In this document: piece by piece, positions 57,465-64,000 of the stretch
Numbering within the stretch: position 1 is the stretch's first letter
Layout: each line of letters starts with the position of its first letter
From: Parcubacteria group bacterium
Lineage (GTDB): Bacteria > Patescibacteriota > Microgenomatia > UBA1400 > PJMF01
NCBI GenBank assembly: GCA_943350175.1
Contig: CALQZX010000004.1
Coordinates: forward strand, 7,214 to 71,213
Reading direction: 5' to 3'
Length of the DNA stretch: 64,000 nt
Notes under the pieces: generated by a model
The model's database searches: none
Seen by the model: only the letters and a program-made list of their open reading frames with translations
Told to the model about the DNA's origin: nothing
Made by a program: the position numbers and the translations under genes

Positions 57465-58556
57465 TTAATCTATTAAGCTGTGACTTTTTAGAATTTGTTC
57501 GACTTCTAGCGAGCTATTACTACGAACTAATTCAGATCTAATTACAGCAGCTTGCTCTATGCCCTTAGTGTACCACGCCAGATGTTTACGCATTGGCAAA
57601 AATCTGTAACCTTCAGTTTCTGGATAAGTTTGCTCATATAACTTGGCATGTTCCAAAGCAACTTTAAAAATATTTTGCTCTTTAAAAAATCGCTCACGCT
57701 CTTGCTTTGGTAAAAAGACAAAAGGCTTGCCAAAACTTGACCTACCAATCAAAACACCATCGACACCATATTCCTCAACTTTTTGCTCAGCTTCTTCATA
57801 ATCAAGCACGTCACCATTGCCAAGAAAAACAACTGAAGGATCTTCTTTTTTAAGCATTGCTGCGGCTCGCCCGATTACCGACCAGTCGGCTTTGCCAGAA
57901 TAACCTTGCTTGAGAGTACGCCCATGTAAAGAAATAGCGGCGAGCCGCATTTCAATTAAATGAGGTAGCCATGTTTCAATTTCTTCATTGTGATAGCCAA
58001 TTCTTGTTTTCACTGATACGGTAGGCAATTTTCTGCGATCGGCATCAACCAAGGAAAACTTCTTTTTTTTCTCTGCCACGCCAGCCACCATCAAGTCTGA
58101 AATATCTGGACAATCTTCCAACTTCAAACCCTCCGACCATTCTCTGATGCCATCTTGAACTGCCTTGATTATTTCTCTCGCCAATTCTGGATTTTTGATA
58201 ATAGCTGCACCAGAACCATGATTGGCTACTGTTGGCGCTGGACAGCCCATATTGATATCTACGCCATTAACACCTAGCTCACAAAGCAAAACAGCGGCTT
58301 GCTTGAAAAAATTTGGGGTCTTACCATAAATTTGTGCCACAAAGGGGCGCTGTGCTTCATTAAAATCAAAATGGTCTAAAATTCTGGCAGAACTACTACG
58401 ACAAATTCCTTCGACATTGGCAAATTCAGTAAAAATTATATCCATTTTGCCGTATTTTTTATTAATAGCACGAAAAGGAAAATCACTCACCCCATCCATC
58501 GGTGACAAAGCCAAAATCATTTTCTTTTCTGCTCGTATTTCTTGCCAAAAATTCAT
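57465..58556 (-). CDS. dus: tRNA-dihydrouridine synthase
   Basis: ALSPMDGVSDFPFR, FMN-binding TIM-barrel motifs, catalytic Cys region NMGCP. Confidence 0.8.
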   Translation of the reverse strand: MNFWQEIRAEKKMILALSPMDGVSDFPFRAINKKYGKMDIIFTEFANVEGICRSSSARILDHFDFNEAQRPFVAQIYGKTPNFFKQAAVLLCELGVNGVDINMGCPAPTVANHGSGAAIIKNPELAREIIKAVQDGIREWSEGLKLEDCPDISDLMVAGVAEKKKKFSLVDADRRKLPTVSVKTRIGYHNEEIETWLPHLIEMRLAAISLHGRTLKQGYSGKADWSVIGRAAAMLKKEDPSVVFLGNGDVLDYEEAEQKVEEYGVDGVLIGRSSFGKPFVFLPKQERERFFKEQNIFKVALEHAKLYEQTYPETEGYRFLPMRKHLAWYTKGIEQAAVIRSELVRSNSSLEVEQILKSHSLID

Positions 58557-58572
58557 TGATTGCCATTATACC

Positions 58573-60324
58573 TTATCCGGTAAAGATAGAGTGGAAGCTC
58601 AAAAACTTTTCTAGTAAGAAAAAGTAATCTAGATGCTCACGCAAAGAGTCTATTAACAAATTAATTTGGTAAAAGAGATAAAAACTAAGCTCGCCAGCTT
58701 CAAAATTTTGTTTTGATTCATCAGCCAATTTATTTAAAGCATCTATTTTCTGTTGGTCTGGAGTTTTTTCAATAACCTCCAAGTTCACAAGGCTAGAAGA
58801 GTCTCTAGAATAATCTATTTTGACCAGCAGCTGATCGATCTTATTAAAATCACTTGCTTCATCCAACAAGTCACCAATGTTTACTAGCTGCAAACTAGCG
58901 TTCTGATCATAAAGATAAATTTTCATCTCATCCAATAATTCTTCGCTTAGACCAGCCATGTTTAAAAGTAAATTAAATTTGGCTGAGGCAGGTTTGGGGT
59001 AATAGATTAATTTATAATCTTCACCAATTTTTTCCTGATCACCAACATCTCCAGATATTTCCTCGGTGATAATTTGTGGCTGTTCAAGCTGCAAACCACT
59101 TTCATCAGCTAAAGAAAAAATAACTTCTTTTGGCAGAACAAACAGCAAATAGCTCAAGTCAGTAAAGCTTGGCGTAAAAAGTCGCAGTGACTCTATTTCA
59201 TCTGTTCTTTCTGAGAGAAGACCGTATTCAAAAAGTGGATCCTTGATAGAAAAATCATGTTGCTCTGTCAAATAATCACTAATCAGAAAGAAATGTTTGT
59301 TAGTCGCAGCAATTTGTACCCTATCCTCAATCAAACTATCTCGTAACTTGACCAATAACTCAGAGCTCTCCTCCTTAAAATAGTTAAATTCCAATTTGGG
59401 AAATAAGTTGCCGCTTTCATCACTTAATATCTTTGATAAACGACTAATCGCCAACCAATTCACCAGGCCATCAGCAATATAGCCATCACTTTGACCCATT
59501 AGCCAGAGATTTAAGGACCAAGGATTAATCTCCTCGCCGTCTGGCAAGAACTGGTAACCATGAGCCCGCAGCAACATTGCCGCAGAACTGACTGCGCAAG
59601 CCCAATTACTCATTGTAGGATTTTCGCTCCATAGATTGGCGTGATCGTAGATATGATTTGCCCACGACGGATCATTTTGTTTAAAAAGAACATCTCCAGA
59701 CTTAAATTCGCGCACCTCAATTTGGTCAAAATATGCTTGTGAATGTGACACAGAACCTGTGGAAATTTTCAGGCCAAATTTTCCACCATAAATTGGTGGG
59801 GACCAAAACTGATCAGTAGTAAAAATCTTCACTCCATCGATAAATAATTCAATTTTTTCTTTGGAATAAAGCAGGTGCATTAAATAATTACGGTTGAGTT
59901 CTAAAACAAAAGGTATTCCAGCTCGATGCAGAGAAAAACCATTGCGAATATCTTCCACAATTAGCTGGCTATTATAGAAATGAAAATCATAAAAATTTGC
60001 AGCATCTCTCATGCCTATTACAAAATTTTTATCAGTGTTGTCAAAAACCTTAAAAATGAAATCAACCTCATACTCATCCATGCCTTGCCAATCTTCATCT
60101 TTTGGCACAATTGTGCTCAATTTAGATGACTGTGAAATCTTCGCGTATAAAGCCTGATTAGTGATCTGCCAATAACTCATCAGTCCATTCACAAGGGTCC
60201 ACTTGTCTAAGTTACCAGAAAAATCATCACTAAAAGTCCTTTGTGCAAAAGCTGGCTTGGTGCTAAAAAAATAACAAAATGCGAAAAAACCTAAGAAATA
60301 ATTTTTCATTATTTCTATTATCAA
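58573..60324 (-). CDS. secreted protein with ConA-like/LamG-like N-terminal region and papain-fold C39-like peptidase domain
   Basis: signal peptide; catalytic-Cys context MSNWACAVSSAAMLLRAHGY, similar to the C39-like protein at 25101. Confidence 0.45.
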   Translation of the reverse strand: MIIEIMKNYFLGFFAFCYFFSTKPAFAQRTFSDDFSGNLDKWTLVNGLMSYWQITNQALYAKISQSSKLSTIVPKDEDWQGMDEYEVDFIFKVFDNTDKNFVIGMRDAANFYDFHFYNSQLIVEDIRNGFSLHRAGIPFVLELNRNYLMHLLYSKEKIELFIDGVKIFTTDQFWSPPIYGGKFGLKISTGSVSHSQAYFDQIEVREFKSGDVLFKQNDPSWANHIYDHANLWSENPTMSNWACAVSSAAMLLRAHGYQFLPDGEEINPWSLNLWLMGQSDGYIADGLVNWLAISRLSKILSDESGNLFPKLEFNYFKEESSELLVKLRDSLIEDRVQIAATNKHFFLISDYLTEQHDFSIKDPLFEYGLLSERTDEIESLRLFTPSFTDLSYLLFVLPKEVIFSLADESGLQLEQPQIITEEISGDVGDQEKIGEDYKLIYYPKPASAKFNLLLNMAGLSEELLDEMKIYLYDQNASLQLVNIGDLLDEASDFNKIDQLLVKIDYSRDSSSLVNLEVIEKTPDQQKIDALNKLADESKQNFEAGELSFYLFYQINLLIDSLREHLDYFFLLEKFLSFHSIFTG

Positions 60325-60358
60325 TTGGCCAAATTACAAGAAGTGTAACAAAAATGGT

Positions 60359-61759
60359 TTACCTAGCAATAGAGTAGTTATTTAAATAGCGCAGAAATAT
60401 TGCTGGAGGATCCTCTAGTAGAAATTGCTGAAACTCCTGATAGATGGTTCTACGCTCTTCTAAATCAAGAGTTTTGCGACCTTTTTCCAGCAAACTATCT
60501 ATTCTAGTATTTTTATAATGAGTGAAATTAGTTGGTTGAGAAGAATGCCACATGAAGTATTGGTCTGGATCAATCGAAGATTCTTGGCCGATTAGCAAAA
60601 GTTGATAATCACCTAAGTCTGGAAAATTGCTAATTTTAATATTAATTTTAATATTTAGATTCTGACACAAGGCCTTATCTTTAATATCCTTATTTACCTG
60701 GCATTTCTCAATAGCATTTGGAGAGAACTCCTCCCATTCTTTCTTAATCGCTTCTGCCTCATCGATAAAATTAGAACTAGTAGTCAACTCAAATTGCAAA
60801 GGAGTTCTAGGCAAATCACTCATCAAACGCTCAATGGCGCGTTCAAAATCTTTAGCATAATCCTTCCCACCCTGCAGATAAGCCCAGGAGTTTGGATTGA
60901 TTGGACCAATTGCTCTAGAGCCTGGATAATCTTTTGTCAAAATGTAGGATAAAGCCTGTCTAACATTCTTAGTAATCAGAGGATCTGAGTTGTTGAAAAA
61001 AACAGCTAGATAACGATCATAGGCTAATTCTTTGGCTAATTCTAATTTTGGCCAATCGCACAGATCATAGCAACCAGAGATATTGAGAAGAACATCAACC
61101 TCACCTTTTTTAAAAGCATTAACCGCTTCATTTTCCGTCAAGTAAAAACGATAAATATATCTGGCATCTGGTCCATCAATTTTAAATTCAGAGAGATTGT
61201 TTCCCTTTAATTTATAATCAAGCATTTTGTACTGACCAATACCAATAATTTTCATTTTCTTCTGAGATAGGACTTTTTTCTCCCACTCCACTCTGAGGAT
61301 TGGCTCGGATACAGAAACAGTAAAAGGAGTAAAAGCTTCTGGGAGAGTAAAGATTACTTCGTTTGGGGTGCTGATTGTTTGTACATCAGAAAAATTATAA
61401 CCGACATCCTCAGGCTTTAGATATCTACCATCTTGCCATTTGATGTCTTTTTTTAAGATAAAACGATATTGTTTGCCATCATCTTCAACCACCCATCTAT
61501 CGGCCAATAAAGGTTCTGCTTGCAAAGAGGGGCCAATCTTAGTTAAACCAGCACTCAGCTGGCTTTTGATTGATTTTGGCAGATCAGTCAGTGTGTATTC
61601 ACCAACAATCGCCACATAAGTAGTTTTTTTGAAAGCTAATTTTTTATCAATTAAAGGCAATAAAAAAGAAAAAAACAATAAAGCGACAGCAATAGATAAA
61701 AGAAAAATCAAGCCATGCTTGCGCACGTAACTGCTGATGTACCAATATAATTTACGCAT
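60359..61759 (-). CDS. ABC-type substrate-binding protein, family 5 (peptide/nickel-like), membrane-anchored
   Basis: N-terminal TM; SBP_bac_5-like LTKIGPSLQAEPLLADRW...DGRYLKPEDV. Confidence 0.5.
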   Translation of the reverse strand: MRKLYWYISSYVRKHGLIFLLSIAVALLFFSFLLPLIDKKLAFKKTTYVAIVGEYTLTDLPKSIKSQLSAGLTKIGPSLQAEPLLADRWVVEDDGKQYRFILKKDIKWQDGRYLKPEDVGYNFSDVQTISTPNEVIFTLPEAFTPFTVSVSEPILRVEWEKKVLSQKKMKIIGIGQYKMLDYKLKGNNLSEFKIDGPDARYIYRFYLTENEAVNAFKKGEVDVLLNISGCYDLCDWPKLELAKELAYDRYLAVFFNNSDPLITKNVRQALSYILTKDYPGSRAIGPINPNSWAYLQGGKDYAKDFERAIERLMSDLPRTPLQFELTTSSNFIDEAEAIKKEWEEFSPNAIEKCQVNKDIKDKALCQNLNIKINIKISNFPDLGDYQLLLIGQESSIDPDQYFMWHSSQPTNFTHYKNTRIDSLLEKGRKTLDLEERRTIYQEFQQFLLEDPPAIFLRYLNNYSIAR

Positions 61760-61776
61760 TTTACTTAGATCAATTA

Positions 61777-61992
61777 CTAGATCAATAAAAGAGCGATAGA
61801 GTTAACTACAAAAAGTAGTAAGAAAAAAATAGTTGTGTAATACAATAATTTTTCTACTCCTTTTCTAGTGTGATAGGTTTCACCGGAACCACCAAATAAG
61901 CCATTTCCACCCTCAGTCCCAGGTTGCAAAAGCACCAGTGCGACTAAAATTATGGATACAAAAAGCTGGCCAGCTAACAAAAAACTGCTCAT
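61777..61992 (-). CDS. secG: preprotein translocase subunit SecG
   Basis: 71 aa, two TM helices, LLQPGTEGGNGLFGG motif. Confidence 0.7.
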   Translation of the reverse strand: MSSFLLAGQLFVSIILVALVLLQPGTEGGNGLFGGSGETYHTRKGVEKLLYYTTIFFLLLFVVNSIALLLI

Positions 61993-62020
61993 ATATTGTC
62001 AATTTTACTCTATTTTTATT

Positions 62021-63649
62021 TTATTTAGTAACTGCTTGCTCACGATATTCACGAATGACAGTCACGGTCACATTTCCAGGAACCATCACTTCTTTTTGCA
62101 CTCGATCGCGAATCTTATTGGCTAAAACAGTAACATCGTCATCCTTGCTCTTCTCTGGAATTAAGATAACTCTCAATTCACGTCCAGCTTGAATAGCATA
62201 AGCCTGCTTTACCTCTTCATAAGACATGGCAATGGCTTCTAAAGCAGATAATCTCTTGATATAGTCTTCATGATTCTCGTAACGAGCACCTGGTCTGGCA
62301 CCGGAAATAGCATCAGCAATGTAAACTGCCATGGACTCTGGACTAGAGAAAGGCTCATCTTCATGATGCTGAGCAATACAGTCGATGACCTCTTGTGATA
62401 TGTTGAATTGTTTGGCAATACGAACACCTGCCTGAACATGACTTTCATCATGATTACCAGAGATCTTACCAATGTCATGAAGCAAACAACCTAGCTTGAC
62501 CACATTAGCATCTAAGCCGAGTTCGTTGGCAATACTGGTACCCATCTTGGTTTCCTCGATGGTGTGTTTGATCATGTTTTGACCATAAGAGAAACGATAT
62601 TTAAAACGACCCAACATGGAAATTAAACCATTTGGAATGTTATAAACACCGACTTCATGAATTAATTTCTTACCAGCATCAAAAGTGATTCTGTCAATTT
62701 CTTGTTCAACTTTGTCGACAATTTCTTCGATTCTGGCTGGCTGAATACGACCATCTTTAATCAAGCGTTCCATGGAAACACGAGCTATTTCACGACGAAC
62801 TGGATCAAAACTAGATAGCTTAATCTCAGTTGGAGATGTATCTAAATCAATTTCCACTCCGGTACGACGCTCAAAAGCGTGGATATTTCTACCACTCTTA
62901 CCAATGATTTTGCCTTTAATTTCTTCTGAAGGAATATTGACCACAGAAATCGTATATTCAGCAACGTAATCAGTGGCGCCATGACGCATAGCATCAATTA
63001 AAATTTCTTGAGCTTTTTCATCTGCTTCAAGTTTGGCACTTTCTTCTTTTTGAGCCACCATTTGAGCCATTTCGTGACTCAATTTTTTCTCTAGACCTTC
63101 AAAAAGAATTACTTTGGCCTGATCTTTGGAATAACCAGAAATTTCTTCGAGTTTTTGAAGTGTCTTGGATTTGGATTCTTCCAACTTGACTCTTTGAACT
63201 TCCAAGTCTTTCTTCAGTAGATCAACTCGCTCTTCTTTCTGGTCAATTTGCTCAAATCTAAAATCAAGCTTGTCTAGCTTACTTTGCAAATCTCTTTGCT
63301 GAGTAGCCATTTCTTGCTCAATGCGACGAGTTTCTTTTTCGATCTTGGAGCGAATTTCCAAAGATTCATCCTTGGCTTCAACGATGATTTCTCTAGCCTT
63401 AGATCTGGCGTCACGCACAAGCGATTCAGCTTCTTGCTTGGCTTTTTCTATTAAAGAATTAGCATCAGCCACCATTGCTGGTGTTGGAGCTGCTGGAGCA
63501 ACTGGCTTGGCTGGTTTAGCCTGCTTAGCTCGATTAACCTGATTCTGTTGTTGTGACTTGATAAAAGAAGCCTTAGCATCAGCTTTGGCTTTTTTCTTGA
63601 CTTCATCTTCCGCTGAAAACAGCGTTGATAGATTACTAAAAAATGACAT
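62021..63649 (-). CDS. rny: ribonuclease Y
   Basis: N-terminal TM, coiled-coil, KH domain (GKIIGKSGRNI), HD domain (LLHDIGK); start set at ATG 63647-63649 after a GGAAGG RBS. Confidence 0.85.
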   Translation of the reverse strand: MSFFSNLSTLFSAEDEVKKKAKADAKASFIKSQQQNQVNRAKQAKPAKPVAPAAPTPAMVADANSLIEKAKQEAESLVRDARSKAREIIVEAKDESLEIRSKIEKETRRIEQEMATQQRDLQSKLDKLDFRFEQIDQKEERVDLLKKDLEVQRVKLEESKSKTLQKLEEISGYSKDQAKVILFEGLEKKLSHEMAQMVAQKEESAKLEADEKAQEILIDAMRHGATDYVAEYTISVVNIPSEEIKGKIIGKSGRNIHAFERRTGVEIDLDTSPTEIKLSSFDPVRREIARVSMERLIKDGRIQPARIEEIVDKVEQEIDRITFDAGKKLIHEVGVYNIPNGLISMLGRFKYRFSYGQNMIKHTIEETKMGTSIANELGLDANVVKLGCLLHDIGKISGNHDESHVQAGVRIAKQFNISQEVIDCIAQHHEDEPFSSPESMAVYIADAISGARPGARYENHEDYIKRLSALEAIAMSYEEVKQAYAIQAGRELRVILIPEKSKDDDVTVLANKIRDRVQKEVMVPGNVTVTVIREYREQAVTK

Positions 63650-63902
63650 GATTACCTTCCGTCTAGGTAAGAACAAGCTTGAATGAATTTTGGAAAAACT
63701 TCTCAAAATTTGAGGAGTTCTGCGGGATTATTTTATTGGTGTCAGGCAAACAATTTGCATACTGATAATTAAAGTTAAGATTCCAAAAAATATACTCGAC
63801 CAAAATTCTTAAGCAATTAGCTTATTCTTACTAAATAATAAATTTTAACAAATACTGACTTTGATTATAATGAAAAATGACTCAAAAGTCAAAGACACAA
63901 GG

Positions 63903-64000
63903 CTATTCTTCTTGGATTTTTTTCCAAATAGCTTGTTCGATTTCTTTCATTAATTTTTTGTCTTCTTTAAATTTATCCTTGACTGCCTCGCGACCCTGAG
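63903..64000 (-). CDS. 3' end of an unidentified gene running off the window (partial)
   Basis: open frame ...QGREAVKDKFKEDKKLMKEIEQAIWKKIQEE with stop at 63903-63905. Confidence 0.3.
   Translation of the reverse strand, partial: QGREAVKDKFKEDKKLMKEIEQAIWKKIQEE

Noticed and set aside
1-64000. CRISPR arrays, rRNA genes, transposases or integrases
   Set aside because: No regularly spaced short repeats, no rRNA-like conserved stretches and no recombinase-like ORFs were seen. The island near tRNA-Asn has att-like repeats but no integrase.
1-64000. Alternative genetic code (UGA as Gly, as in Gracilibacteria/SR1)
   Set aside because: Standard-code ORFs give full-length, well-conserved proteins (glmS, rpoD, rny, P-type ATPase) with no need to read through TGA.

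Overview
This is a low-GC, gene-dense bacterial window of about 65 predicted protein genes. All ORFs read through under the standard genetic code, and the content looks like a small-genome, Patescibacteria/CPR-like organism; that placement is inference. Some ORF-track starts are non-ATG codons shown as M.

Housekeeping genes include glmS, apparently preceded by a glmS ribozyme, queA, a tadA-like deaminase, rpoD, map, a tRNA-dihydrouridine synthase, secG, RNase Y, a DEAD-box helicase, a RecD-like helicase and a UvrD-like helicase-nuclease.

Three things stand out.
- ATP-grasp ligases: six ATP-grasp-type amidoligase genes in 64 kb. Two are roughly 60 percent identical paralogs flanking an arginase-family hydrolase. 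One Ddl-like ligase is operonic with a papain-fold C39/BtrH-like protein. There is also a RimK-like ligase and a GspS-like one.
- tRNA island: a tRNA-Asn(GUU) gene is split by a 266-nt group I intron. Beside it lies a roughly 4-5 kb island bounded by a degenerate direct duplication of the tRNA 3' end plus its downstream flank. The island is seeded with three copies of a conserved roughly 47-nt repeat. It carries an extracytoplasmic methionine-sulfoxide repair module (ArsR, Trx, CcdA-MsrA-MsrB) and two N-terminally extended LMW-PTP/ArsC-like paralogs.
- Regulatory and surface features: the rpoD leader has a 30-bp perfect palindrome over a -10-like element and a 22-bp long-range inverted repeat ending 5 nt from the start codon. 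Two secreted proteins share an uncharacterised A-x-TG-D/E-N-x-Q repeat domain. A seven-gene operon encodes a two-component system, a PH-domain membrane protein, a MacB/YknYZ-like ABC exporter and an HlyD adaptor.

No CRISPR array, rRNA, integrase or transposase was seen.
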